Below are positions 32,228 through 43,620 of a stretch of DNA of 57,128 nt, one piece after another. The stretch spans positions 1 through 57,128 of the forward strand of contig CAOJKK010000006.1 of NCBI GenBank assembly GCA_948437895.1, given 5' to 3'. Made by a program: the position numbers and the translations under genes. Positions within the stretch are counted from its first letter, which is position 1. The number at the start of each line of letters is the position of its first letter. This stretch comes from an uncultured Clostridium sp. Its GTDB lineage: Bacteria > Bacillota > Clostridia > TANB77 > CAG-508. Below the pieces are notes generated by a model. The model was not told where the DNA came from. It searched no databases and saw only the letters and a list, made by a program, of their open reading frames with translations.

Positions 32228-34108
32228 ATGGAAAAATATTTTAATGATGCAATAATTGGAAATAAAGAAATAACAGCAAGTTTTACAGAGAATGGAGAAT
32301 TGATAAGGCTTTTTTATCCTAATACAGATTATAGACAATTTATAGATTTTTTACATATGGGAGTAAAAATCAATGATTCTGCAATGATATATTTACATGA
32401 TGATATAAATAATATGTACAAGCAGTATTATACAGAGAATACTAACATATTAAATACAGAAATCTTAAATACATATTTTGAATTAAAAGTATTACAAACA
32501 GATTTTGTATGTGAAAACAAAAATGTATTGATAAGAAAATATAAAATGAAAAATGAAAATAGCATTGATTTAGATATTAGCTTTATAGCTCATTCTTCAC
32601 TTTTAACGAGTAACAATAATCAAGTAAGTGGGTATTATAAAAACAATACCTTATTCCAATATATGCATGATTATACTTTTACTATTTGTTCAGATAAAAA
32701 AGTAGAGAAATCACAAATAAATAATAATAAAGGAAACATACAAAGTGGAGTAATTGGAGATAAAGACTATGTAGGAATGTCTAGTGATTCTAGTATAAGC
32801 TATAACTTAGGTGTATTAAAAACAAATGAAGAAATTGAATTCTGCATATATATCACAATTTTCCATGGAGCAGATGTAAAAACTATTGAGAAGAAAATAG
32901 AAGAAATCAAAAATATAGATTACAAAAAAGAACTAGAAAAAACAAAAAGATATTGGGAAAAGTATGTAAAAGACCATGATACAATAAAACTTGCAAACTC
33001 AAATTCTGAATATATGAATACATTAAAAAAGATATACAAAAGAACAATTCTTTTATATCCACTTCTTATAAATCATTTAACAGGTGGAATATCAGCAGCT
33101 GTTGAAATTGATGAGAATAGAACTAAATGTGGAAGATATTCATATTGTTGGCCAAGAGATGCAATATTTATAACAAACGCATTAGATATACTTAAAATGG
33201 AAAAAGAAACAGAGAGATTTTACAAAACTTTCTGCAAAATGACACAAAGCAAATCAGGAATGTGGGAACAAAGATTTTATACAGATGGAAGTCTAGCACC
33301 ATGTTGGGGATATCAAATAGATGAAACTGCAAGTGTAATATATGGAGTATATAACCATTATGAACATACAAATAATTTGAAGTTTCTAAAAGATACTTGG
33401 AAAATGTGTGAGAATGCTACTAAATACCTAAAAAAATATATACAAAAAGTGCTAGACGGAATAGATGAAGTATACAAAAGTTACGACTTATGGGAAGAAA
33501 ATGAAGGTATACATACATACTCATTAGCCACAATTTTTTCAAGTTTTGAAAAGATGTTAGCAATATATGATAAACTAAAACCAACATTTGAAGGGAATAG
33601 GTTAAGATTAGAAAAAATTGAAAAAGAAGAAGCAATTTTAAGAAAATATTTAATACAAATAAAAGACTATATATTAAAGAATTTATATGATAATGACAAA
33701 AAATCTTTTGTAAGAAATATTGATGGAAAGATGGATATAAGCTTATTAGGGATTGTAACACCATTCAAACTATTCTTACCAAAAGAAAAGAAAGTATTAA
33801 ACACAATAGAAAGAATGGAATTAACACTAAGAACATATACAGGGGGATACTTAAGATATGAAGGCGATACCTATGCAGGAGGTAATCCATGGGTAATTGC
33901 AAACTTATGGATGGCAAGCTATTATATAGAAGCAGGAAACAAGAAAAAAGCAAGAGAATGTTTTGACTTTGTTGTAAAATCAGCAACTAAGCATGGATTT
34001 TTACCAGAGCAAGTTGATAACAGTACAATGCAAGCAAAATGGGTAATAGGACTTGGATGGTCACATGCAATGTTTATAGATGTGTTAAATAAATTGTATG
34101 TCCCATAG
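32228..34108 (+). CDS. Glycoside hydrolase family 15 (glucoamylase-like)
   Basis: YSYCWPRD, QIDET, YDLWEE, RYEGD, LPEQ, LGWSHA. Confidence 0.9.
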   Translation: MEKYFNDAIIGNKEITASFTENGELIRLFYPNTDYRQFIDFLHMGVKINDSAMIYLHDDINNMYKQYYTENTNILNTEILNTYFELKVLQTDFVCENKNVLIRKYKMKNENSIDLDISFIAHSSLLTSNNNQVSGYYKNNTLFQYMHDYTFTICSDKKVEKSQINNNKGNIQSGVIGDKDYVGMSSDSSISYNLGVLKTNEEIEFCIYITIFHGADVKTIEKKIEEIKNIDYKKELEKTKRYWEKYVKDHDTIKLANSNSEYMNTLKKIYKRTILLYPLLINHLTGGISAAVEIDENRTKCGRYSYCWPRDAIFITNALDILKMEKETERFYKTFCKMTQSKSGMWEQRFYTDGSLAPCWGYQIDETASVIYGVYNHYEHTNNLKFLKDTWKMCENATKYLKKYIQKVLDGIDEVYKSYDLWEENEGIHTYSLATIFSSFEKMLAIYDKLKPTFEGNRLRLEKIEKEEAILRKYLIQIKDYILKNLYDNDKKSFVRNIDGKMDISLLGIVTPFKLFLPKEKKVLNTIERMELTLRTYTGGYLRYEGDTYAGGNPWVIANLWMASYYIEAGNKKKARECFDFVVKSATKHGFLPEQVDNSTMQAKWVIGLGWSHAMFIDVLNKLYVP

Positions 34109-34139
34109 GGGACGTTTCTCTGTGGGACATTTTGTCCCA
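34099..34139 (+). repeat. 41-bp REP copy 2 (upstream of RAYT)
   Basis: TGTCCCATAGGGGACGTTTCTCTGTGGGACATTTTGTCCCA; supplies the GH15 stop codon. Confidence 0.9.
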
Positions 34140-34233
34140 AAAGGGACACATGTTATATATTGTTTTACCTAAAATGCATAATTGCATGAAAGGTTGGGGG
34201 CATTAAATCAATTAATTTAAAGGAGTGATTTGA

Positions 34234-35007
34234 ATGCCAAGATTAGCAAGACAAAAAAGTTATACAGATGTATATCATATTATTTTAAGAGGGATAAATA
34301 AACAAGACATTTTCTTTGATGATATAGACAGATGGAAGTTCTTAAAAGAATTAAAAAGATGTAAAGAAAAATATAAATTTGAAATATTTGCATATTGCTT
34401 AATGGATAATCATGTACATTTAATGATAAAAGATAATGAAAAGCAAATAAATAAGATAATGCAGAGTATAGCTATAAGTTATGCAATTTATTTTAATAAA
34501 AGACACGAAAGAGTTGGACATTTATTTAGTAATAGGTATAATAGTAGAGTAGTAGAAAATCAGAACTATCTTTTGAATTTACAAAGATATATTCATCAGA
34601 ATCCAGAAAAAGCAGGAATAGAAAAAACTAATAAATACAAATGGAGTAGTTATCATGAATATATACATGATAGTAAGCTTGTAGATGTAGAATTTATTCT
34701 TGACATACTTTCTACTAATCATATAGATGCTATACAAGAATTTAAAAAAATAAATTTAAGATTGGTAACTTTAGATAGTGCAGAAGATATTTTAGAATAT
34801 GAAATGGTAACAGGAATATCAGATAAAGAAGTACGAAAACTAATAGAATTAAAAATAGGAAAAGATAAATTGCAGAATATAAATAATTATAATGCAAGAA
34901 TAAGAAATGAAATTTTAAAGCAGATTTTAGAAATAAAAGGAATATCTAACAGACAAATAAGCAGAGTTATAGGTATACACAGAAAAATATTAGATAGATT
35001 AAAATAA
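34234..35007 (+). mobile_element. REP-associated tyrosine transposase (RAYT/TnpA-REP, HUH Y1 family)
   Basis: MPRLAR, YHIILRGIN, AYCLMDNHVH (HUH), GHLF..RY, YIHQNP, YKWSSY, C-terminal HTH; flanked by inverted REPs. Confidence 0.9.
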
Positions 35008-35021
35008 ACTTATGAAAAAAA

Positions 35022-35062
35022 TGGGACAAAATGTCCCAAAAAGAAACGTCCCCTTTGGGACA
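35022..35062 (-). repeat. 41-bp REP copy 3 (inverted)
   Basis: TGGGACAAAATGTCCCAAAAAGAAACGTCCCCTTTGGGACA. Confidence 0.9.
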
Positions 35063-35076
35063 TAAAGGAGAATTTT

Positions 35077-36438
35077 ATGGCAAAACAATCAACAGTTTTT
35101 GTATGTAGTAATTGTGGAAATGAATCTTCAAAATGGTTCGGAAAATGTCCGGCCTGTAATGAATGGAATACTTGTTATGAAGAGAAATTAACTACTAAAT
35201 CAAGTGGTGGTAAATCAAATTCAAAAAGAGTAGTATCACCAGTAAAATTAAATGAAGTGAAAAAACAAGATATAGTGAGAACTTCCACGGGATTTACAGA
35301 ATTGGATAGAGTTCTAGGTGGAGGATTAGTAAAAGGTGCTTTAACATTAGTTGGAGGAGAGCCTGGAATTGGTAAGTCTACTTTGATTTTGCAAATATGC
35401 GATAAAGTAAAAGGTGAAGGAAAAGTTCTATATATTTCTGGTGAGGAATCAGCAGACCAAATAAAAATAAGGGCAGATAGATTAGGCATTAATAATGATG
35501 ATATAGTTTTCTTAGGAGAAACTGATATAGATATAATACAAGATGCAATTTTACAGATAAATCCAAAACTTGTAATTATAGATTCAATTCAAACTATGTA
35601 TTCAGATGAAATAACATCAGGTCCAGGCAGTGTAAGTCAAGTAAGAGAAATAACATCTAGAATAATGAAGATGTGTAAACAAGAAGCTATTACTACAATA
35701 ATTATTGGACATGTAACTAAAGATGGGAATATAGCAGGACCAAGGGTTCTAGAACACATGGTAGATACTGTATTGTATTTAGAAGGGGAGAGATATTTTT
35801 CATATAGGATTCTTAGAGGTGTAAAAAACAGATTCGGTTCAACAAATGAAATTGGAATGTTTGAAATGAAAGATGTTGGTATGTGCGAAATTGATAATCC
35901 ATCATCTGTACTTCTATCAGAAAGAAATGAAAATACAGCGGGTTCAATAGTTGTAGCAAGTATGGAAGGGACAAGACCAATACTTGTGGAACTTCAAGCA
36001 TTAACTACAACTAGTGTATTTGGAATGGCAAGAAGAACTGCAAATGGAATAGATTATAACAGGCTTACACTTCTAATTGCGGTATTAGAAAAAAGAGCAG
36101 GACTTCCATTAGGAAATCAAGATGTTTATTTAAATATTGTTGGCGGTATTAGAATTAATGAACCTGCGTTAGATTTGGGAATAGTACTTGCTGCTAGTTC
36201 TAGTTTTAGAAATATAGCAGTTCCAAATGATACAATAGCAATAGGAGAAGTTGGACTTACTGGAGAGGTAAGAAGTGTAAATATGATAGAAAAGAGACTT
36301 AAAGAGGCAGAGAAACTAGGGTTCAAAAAATGTATAATTCCAGAAAGCAATAAAAAGCTATTGAAAGATGAGTACAAATTAGATATAATAGGTGTGAAAA
36401 ATATATTAGAAGCAATGAAATGCTTAGGATTGAAATAA
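35077..36438 (+). CDS. radA: DNA repair protein RadA/Sms
   Basis: C4 zinc finger, GGEPGIGKST, KNRFG, Lon-like C-terminus. Confidence 0.97.
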   Translation: MAKQSTVFVCSNCGNESSKWFGKCPACNEWNTCYEEKLTTKSSGGKSNSKRVVSPVKLNEVKKQDIVRTSTGFTELDRVLGGGLVKGALTLVGGEPGIGKSTLILQICDKVKGEGKVLYISGEESADQIKIRADRLGINNDDIVFLGETDIDIIQDAILQINPKLVIIDSIQTMYSDEITSGPGSVSQVREITSRIMKMCKQEAITTIIIGHVTKDGNIAGPRVLEHMVDTVLYLEGERYFSYRILRGVKNRFGSTNEIGMFEMKDVGMCEIDNPSSVLLSERNENTAGSIVVASMEGTRPILVELQALTTTSVFGMARRTANGIDYNRLTLLIAVLEKRAGLPLGNQDVYLNIVGGIRINEPALDLGIVLAASSSFRNIAVPNDTIAIGEVGLTGEVRSVNMIEKRLKEAEKLGFKKCIIPESNKKLLKDEYKLDIIGVKNILEAMKCLGLK

Positions 36439-36456
36439 ATAAACATTTGCAAGAAA

Positions 36457-36497
36457 TGGGACAAAATGTCCCAAAGAGAAACGTCCCTTTTGGGACA
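36457..36497 (-). repeat. 41-bp REP copy 4 (inverted)
   Basis: TGGGACAAAATGTCCCAAAGAGAAACGTCCCTTTTGGGACA. Confidence 0.9.
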
Positions 36498-36511
36498 AGT
36501 GAGGTGAGATT

Positions 36512-37594
36512 TTGGCAGAGAAAGTAAAAAAAGACGAAACATTAATTAATATACTAAAGATTATAGCTCCAGGAACTAAATTTAGAGAAGGATTAGATAA
36601 TATTCTGAAAGCTAAAACTGGTGCATTAATTATAATTGGAGACTCAAAAGAAATAATGGATATAGTTGATGGTGGATTTAAAATTGATGAAGAATATACA
36701 CCAGCAAGACTATATGAACTCGCAAAAATGGATGGAGCAATTATCTTAAGTAAAGACTTAAAAAGAATACTTTTAGCCAATACTCAAATTATACCTTCAT
36801 CTAAAATAACAACTGAAGAAACTGGTACAAGACATAGAACAGCAGAACGTACTGCTAAACAAACAGGGGAATTAGTAGTAAGTATTTCTCAAAGAAGAAA
36901 TATAATTACTGTTTTTAAAGGCGATTTTAGATATACTATAGAAGATAGTAGTAAAATAATAACTAAGGCAAATCAAGCTCTTCAGACATTAGAGAACTAT
37001 AAAAAAGTATTCGATTCGAAACTAAAAGTTTTAAACGAATATGAGTTTAATGATATTGTAACTTTGGATAATGTAATTACTTGTATTCAGAGAGCTGAAA
37101 TGGTAATGAGAGTAGCAGAACAAGTACAACGTTCAATATATGAACTTGGAGAAGATGGTGTTTTAGTAAAAATGCAATTAGAGGAACTTATAGAAGATTT
37201 ACCAGAAGAAGAATTATTAATTGTAAAAGACTATATTGCACCAAGTAGAAGATTAACAGCAGAAAAAGTATTACAAACTATACAAACATCTTCACAAGAT
37301 GAGTTTATACAGTCAAATATAATTGCAAAAGCATTAGGATATGAACAATTTGATAACTATGAAGAAGTTGCAGTTTATACAAGAGGGTATAGAATCTTAA
37401 ATAAAATACCTAGAATGCCAAATAATATTGTTATAAATCTAGTAAAAACATTTAAATCATTCCAGCACATATTACTTGCTGATGTCGATAAATTAGATGA
37501 AGTAGAAGGAATAGGTGAAGTAAGAGCGAGAACAATAAAACAATCATTAAGAAGAATGCAAGAACAATTTGTTTTTGACAATTTAATGATTTAA
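36512..37594 (+). CDS. disA: DNA integrity scanning diadenylate cyclase
   Basis: KMDGA, TGTRHRTAER, C-terminal HhH (VEGIG); follows radA. Confidence 0.96.
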   Translation: MAEKVKKDETLINILKIIAPGTKFREGLDNILKAKTGALIIIGDSKEIMDIVDGGFKIDEEYTPARLYELAKMDGAIILSKDLKRILLANTQIIPSSKITTEETGTRHRTAERTAKQTGELVVSISQRRNIITVFKGDFRYTIEDSSKIITKANQALQTLENYKKVFDSKLKVLNEYEFNDIVTLDNVITCIQRAEMVMRVAEQVQRSIYELGEDGVLVKMQLEELIEDLPEEELLIVKDYIAPSRRLTAEKVLQTIQTSSQDEFIQSNIIAKALGYEQFDNYEEVAVYTRGYRILNKIPRMPNNIVINLVKTFKSFQHILLADVDKLDEVEGIGEVRARTIKQSLRRMQEQFVFDNLMI

Positions 37595-37611
37595 AGTATA
37601 GAGGTGTTAAT

Positions 37612-38718
37612 TTGAGTAAAATAACGAAAGATAATAAGGGAATTACTTTAGTTGCATTGATAATTACAGTGATATTGATGCTAATACTTGTTTCAATAAC
37701 AACATATTCAGGAATTAATACATACAAAAATGCACAAGTTACTAAATTTGTTACACAAATGCAATTGTTACAAACTAAAGTTGATAGTTTAATAAGTTCA
37801 AAAGAAATAAATAGAATGGAGTTTCAATCACCAAGTACGCAAGAACAGCAAAATGCAATAAATTCTGCGTTTAATAATGGTGAGATAACAACAAAAGATT
37901 TTAGTAAATATAAAGTAATTACAAAAAACGATATAGTAAATGTATTAGATATTGAAGATGTACAAAATGAAATAATGGTTAATATAGAAACGAGAGAGAT
38001 AGTAAGTCTAATAGGAATAGAATATGATGGAAAAACATATTATACACAATATAAGCTTCCGAATGGGCAAACGGTGATTAGTAATGATAATTCTGTTCAT
38101 AGAGAATTATCTTTTGCATTAGATACATTAATTGACGGATTAAATTGTGATACAACAACAAAGAATATTAGTATTGCAAATGGAACTATAAGTTATGCAG
38201 AAACTGATATTTATGGAAATAAAACTAACTGGCACACAATAACAAATTATACAGAAAAAGAAAGCAAATATAAAACTAATATATCGAAGTCAGGAAATTA
38301 TACATTTAAATTACAAGATAATACAGATGATAATTATATCGAAAAAACAATTGTAATAACATTAACAAATAAACCAAAAACAAATATAGATGTACAAACA
38401 TATAATTATGGAGTGGACTCTAATTTGTGGGCATATGCACAAAAAGATGGAGTAAACTATGTTTGGATACCAAGGTTTGTGTATAGAATGAATACTACTA
38501 GCAATTCTACAGAAATAAAATTCATAAAAGGAAATTCAAATATAGCTACAGATGATACATATATAAATGATGAGTGGATATTACATAGTAAATTCACTCT
38601 AGAGGATGGCACTGGTCTTACTGGAGTATGGATAAATGTAAATAGCATGAATCAAACTGGACTTAATATGTTGGACTTGTTAAATGACAATTCAAAAACA
38701 ATATTAACAACAATATAG
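37612..38718 (+). CDS. Type IV pilin-like protein with prepilin-like N-terminus
   Basis: KG-ITLVALIITVILMLILVSIT hydrophobic leader; YVWIPRF motif in the C-terminal part. Confidence 0.7.
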   Translation: MSKITKDNKGITLVALIITVILMLILVSITTYSGINTYKNAQVTKFVTQMQLLQTKVDSLISSKEINRMEFQSPSTQEQQNAINSAFNNGEITTKDFSKYKVITKNDIVNVLDIEDVQNEIMVNIETREIVSLIGIEYDGKTYYTQYKLPNGQTVISNDNSVHRELSFALDTLIDGLNCDTTTKNISIANGTISYAETDIYGNKTNWHTITNYTEKESKYKTNISKSGNYTFKLQDNTDDNYIEKTIVITLTNKPKTNIDVQTYNYGVDSNLWAYAQKDGVNYVWIPRFVYRMNTTSNSTEIKFIKGNSNIATDDTYINDEWILHSKFTLEDGTGLTGVWINVNSMNQTGLNMLDLLNDNSKTILTTI

Positions 38719-38730
38719 AGGAGGATTATA

Positions 38731-39477
38731 ATGAAAAAGAATGGACTGATTTTAAGTATAATAGTATTGATATTTGTATTAATATTAGGAGGCTTTTTAG
38801 TATATGGCTACTATCAGAAAGCCACATATAAGTTGCAAAGACCAATAGTTAGTATGGAAATAAAAGATTATGGAATAATTGAAATTAAACTTTATCCAGA
38901 CATGGCTCCGAATACAGTAAAGAACTTTATAAAACTAATAAATGATGGATATTATAATGGTTTAACATTCCATAGAGTGGAAGAAAGCCTAATACAAGGT
39001 GGAGATAAATCAGGAGATGGAACAGGTCAAACTGAACTTAGTATAAATGGGGAATTTAAGGAGAATGGATATGATAATGAATTAAAATTTGAAAGAGGAA
39101 CTTTAGGGTTAGCAAGACAAGATTTCACATATTATTCTTCAATAAGTCCAGATTTAGTGGAAAAAGGATATAATTCAGGTTATGCACAATTCTTTATAAT
39201 GACAAAAGATGTAGATGCTTTTGATGGATATTACACAGCTTTTGGTAAGGTAATAAAAGGAATAGAAATAGTTGATAAACTTACAGAATTGGAGACAATA
39301 ACAGAAAAAAATGAACAAACAGGAGAAAATACTAAAACAACAAAACCAGTAAACCCACCAGTTATATCAAATATATCGGTAGATACATTTGGGGTAACAT
39401 ATGGAGAACCAAAAACTCATGAGACATTTGATGTAAATAGCTATTTAATGCAAAAGTTATACGGAGTATCATATTAA
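38731..39477 (+). CDS. Cyclophilin-type peptidyl-prolyl isomerase, membrane anchored
   Basis: LYPDMAPNTVKNF, YNGLTFHRV, IQGGD, QFFI, YTAFGKV. Confidence 0.9.
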   Translation: MKKNGLILSIIVLIFVLILGGFLVYGYYQKATYKLQRPIVSMEIKDYGIIEIKLYPDMAPNTVKNFIKLINDGYYNGLTFHRVEESLIQGGDKSGDGTGQTELSINGEFKENGYDNELKFERGTLGLARQDFTYYSSISPDLVEKGYNSGYAQFFIMTKDVDAFDGYYTAFGKVIKGIEIVDKLTELETITEKNEQTGENTKTTKPVNPPVISNISVDTFGVTYGEPKTHETFDVNSYLMQKLYGVSY

Positions 39478-39590
39478 AAAGTAATAAGGACGAAATAATA
39501 TCGTCCTTATTGAAATGATCAAAAAACATACTAAAATTAAGTCATTTGAAAATAGAAATTTAGCACTTCAAAAAAACTTAAAAAAAATTA

Positions 39591-40828
39591 TGAATTCAAA
39601 AAAATAATGCAACAAAAGAAATGAAAAAATAGACACATATTAAAATCCAATATATAATGTAAGTGCAAACAAAACATTAAAAGGAGATTAATATGTGTTT
39701 AAATAATTGTAACATAGAAGTAGAAGAAAATAAAGAAGGAAAAAGGGAAAAATTCTTAACGTATGAAGACAGACTAGAAATAGAAAGATGTTTGAAAGAA
39801 AAGAAGAAATATACATTACAAGAAATTGGAGAAAAAATAGGAAAAGATAAATCAGTAATATCTAGAGAAATAAAGAGAAACAGCAATAAAAAGTGGAATA
39901 TAAATACAGGAGAAAGTAAATTAGTGTATTCAGCAGCAAAAGCAGAAGGAAAGTTTGAATATAGGAGAAAGAAGGCAGGAAGGAAATTATCAGTAGAAAA
40001 AGACAAAGGGCTAAAGCAATTCATAGAAGATAAGATATTAAAGGATAAATGGTCACCAGAAGAAGTTTCAGGATATATAAAAAAACATGATATAAAATTT
40101 AAAATACAACCAAGCTTTCAAGCAATATATTATTGGATAGAAAAAAAGAAATTAAAAGTAACACCGTTAGATTTAGTACACAAAGTAAAATTAAAGCCTA
40201 AGGAGAAAAAAGAAAAAGAAGAAAGAATAGCAAGGAATAAAGAAAAGAGTATTCATAAAAGACCTAAAGAAATAGACGACAATAAAGAATTTGGACATTG
40301 GGAATTAGACTGTGTAGAAGGAACAAAGAGTGGAGGAAAGACATATTTAACGATTTTAGAAAGAATAACAAAAAAATATATAGTAATCCCAATGAAAAGG
40401 CACACAAACGAATGTGTAAGAGAAGCAATAGATAAATTAGAAAAAGAATATGGAAAACATTTTAAAGAAATATTCAAAAGTATGACAACAGATAATGGAC
40501 ATGAGTTTCTAAATTATGGTAATATAGAAAAGTCAGTGATGAATGAAGAAGAGAATCGAACAACGATATATTATGCAGACCCATACAGTGCGTGGCAAAA
40601 AGGGATGAATGAAAACTGTAATGGGATACTTAGAAGATTTATACCCAAAGGAACAGATTTAAACAAGGTATCACCAAATAGGTTAGAAAAAGTATTAAAG
40701 ATAATAAATGGAAAGCCAAGGAAGATATTAAAATTCACATCAGCAGATGAACTATTTGAAGAAGAAATAAGAAAAATAATCGCATAAATTATGTATTGGA
40801 ATTAGTTGCATTTGAATTTTGAATGGAC
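39591..40828 (+). mobile_element. IS30-family insertion sequence
   Basis: Imperfect IRs ATTCAAAA-n4-AATGCAAC (39594-39613 and 40805-40824); flanking direct repeat AACTTAAAAAAAATTA; exact ends uncertain by a few bp. Confidence 0.85.
39693..40787 (+). CDS. IS30-family DDE transposase
   Basis: SREIKRN, WSPEE, GHWELD, TTDNGHEF, YADPYSAWQKGMNEN.NG.LRRFIPKG. Confidence 0.95.
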   Translation: MCLNNCNIEVEENKEGKREKFLTYEDRLEIERCLKEKKKYTLQEIGEKIGKDKSVISREIKRNSNKKWNINTGESKLVYSAAKAEGKFEYRRKKAGRKLSVEKDKGLKQFIEDKILKDKWSPEEVSGYIKKHDIKFKIQPSFQAIYYWIEKKKLKVTPLDLVHKVKLKPKEKKEKEERIARNKEKSIHKRPKEIDDNKEFGHWELDCVEGTKSGGKTYLTILERITKKYIVIPMKRHTNECVREAIDKLEKEYGKHFKEIFKSMTTDNGHEFLNYGNIEKSVMNEEENRTTIYYADPYSAWQKGMNENCNGILRRFIPKGTDLNKVSPNRLEKVLKIINGKPRKILKFTSADELFEEEIRKIIA

Positions 40829-40864
40829 AACTTAAAAAAAATTAAAAAAAATTTGAAATTTGTA

Positions 40865-40893
40865 TTGACAGATTTATTAAAATCTAGTATACT
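40865..40893 (+). promoter_or_regulatory. SigA promoter of tRNA operon
   Basis: TTGACA-17 bp-TATACT. Confidence 0.8.
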
Positions 40894-40912
40894 TATTTTC
40901 GTCACAAAAAAT

Positions 40913-40988
40913 GGGCGCATAGCTCAGCTGGTAGAGCATCTGCCTTACAAGCAGGAGGTCATAGGTTCGAGCCCTATTGCGCCCACCA
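40913..40988 (+). tRNA. tRNA-Val(TAC)
   Basis: Cloverleaf, CT-TAC-AA anticodon loop, TTCGA, encoded CCA. Confidence 0.97.
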
Positions 40989-40994
40989 TTTTTT

Positions 40995-41071
40995 GGCCCG
41001 GTAGTTCAGTTGGTTAGAACGCTAGCCTGTCACGCTAGAGGTCGTCGGTTCGAGCCCGATCCGGGTCGCCA
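40995..41071 (+). tRNA. tRNA-Asp(GTC)
   Basis: Cloverleaf, CT-GTC-AC loop, encoded CCA. Confidence 0.97.
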
Positions 41072-41084
41072 TTTTTTTATTTAA

Positions 41085-41160
41085 GCCCAGATAGCTCAGT
41101 TGGTAGAGCAGGGGACTGAAAATCCCCGTGTCCGTGGTTCGATTCCGCGTCTGGGCACCA
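41085..41160 (+). tRNA. tRNA-Phe(GAA)
   Basis: Cloverleaf, CT-GAA-AA loop, encoded CCA. Confidence 0.97.
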
Positions 41161-41237
41161 AAAGAGATAGTAAACACTATCTCTTTTTTTATAAAGAAGA
41201 AAAGCTCGTGTTAATATAAATAACACGAGCTTTTGGA

Positions 41238-41711
41238 TTACTTAGGAGTTACAGAACCACCAACAAATGGTTTCTTTGCATTGTTGTAAGAGTAGTTGGT
41301 AAATTTTGATGCTGATTCAGTGGGCTTGGCATTTGAAGAAATAGTACAATAGTTTCGTTCTTTTTTCTTAAGCCTTTCGTTTCTCTTTCGAATTTTAGTT
41401 GGTATATAAAATTTTGGCCTTAACAAGATAGTACATTTGTACCGCTTATTTTCAAAAGTCAATGTAGAACATTTATTTAAATCGACTTTTCCAGAACCAT
41501 CAATTTCATATTTATTCTTAAAATTCATTACAATTTCTTTATCATAGGCAGATGGTTGTTTTACTTCAAATTCCAATTTGAAATTTTTTCGATCATTTAC
41601 AACAAGCTTCCTCTTTATTAGATCTTTAGGAATTCTTACTTCCACCCGATAAATACATTTACCAGCATCAGCTTTTACTGAAACAGTAACTCCTTCTTTT
41701 GTAATTTGCAT
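41238..41711 (-). CDS. Orphan basic protein (contains two in-frame CGG codons)
   Basis: 157 aa, AAGGAG RBS, terminator hairpin at about 41200-41235; no recognised family. Confidence 0.6.
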   Translation of the reverse strand: MQITKEGVTVSVKADAGKCIYRVEVRIPKDLIKRKLVVNDRKNFKLEFEVKQPSAYDKEIVMNFKNKYEIDGSGKVDLNKCSTLTFENKRYKCTILLRPKFYIPTKIRKRNERLKKKERNYCTISSNAKPTESASKFTNYSYNNAKKPFVGGSVTPK

Positions 41712-41820
41712 TACATCTTTTCACTCCTTAAAAATTTTTTTACTGTGCTGACCTCACCATAAAGCAAAAATAGGAGTATAGCTATTTTTGCATATGTATA
41801 TTATAACACGGTATACATAA

Positions 41821-43212
<1,392 letters not shown>

Positions 43213-43340
43213 AAAGAATATTGAATAAAACATAGAACTATGGTAAAATATAACTTGACTTAAGGAGAAAACCCTATTTTATAGCTACATTGGCCTTGTA
43301 GCTAACTCAAACAATTAATTAATGTGGGAGGATACATCAA

Positions 43341-43508
43341 ATGTTTTTAGGAAACATAAAAATTATTGAGGGAAAGAATATGTTTTGCCTTACAAATAAT
43401 CTTTGGAGAAATATAGAATCCAAAAGTAAAAGAGGATGGAAAGTTTTCAAGATTGAAATCAACAAAGGGAATACAAAAGCAAAAATTTTCTATGAAAAAA
43501 CAATTTAA
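43341..43508 (+). CDS. Small hypothetical protein (55 aa), below ORF-track cutoff
   Basis: GGGAGGA RBS, MFLGNIKIIEGKNMFCLTNNLWRNIESKSKRGWKVFKIEINKGNTKAKIFYEKTI, followed by a terminator hairpin. Confidence 0.55.
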   Translation: MFLGNIKIIEGKNMFCLTNNLWRNIESKSKRGWKVFKIEINKGNTKAKIFYEKTI

Positions 43509-43620
43509 TGATAGGCCAATTTAAAAGTATTGCTAGGCTGCAATACTTTTTTCTATATAACCCTATTTGCATTAAAGTTATATGTATGATAATATATGTA
43601 AAGATTTGAGGTGCAAAAAA

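Noticed and set aside
32155-36497. Repeats as a CRISPR array or composite transposon ends
   Set aside because: Copies are separated by whole genes, occur in both orientations and there are no cas genes; the pattern fits REP/RAYT
40823-41017. 64-aa ORF
   Set aside because: Overlaps the tRNA promoter and tRNA-Val/Asp
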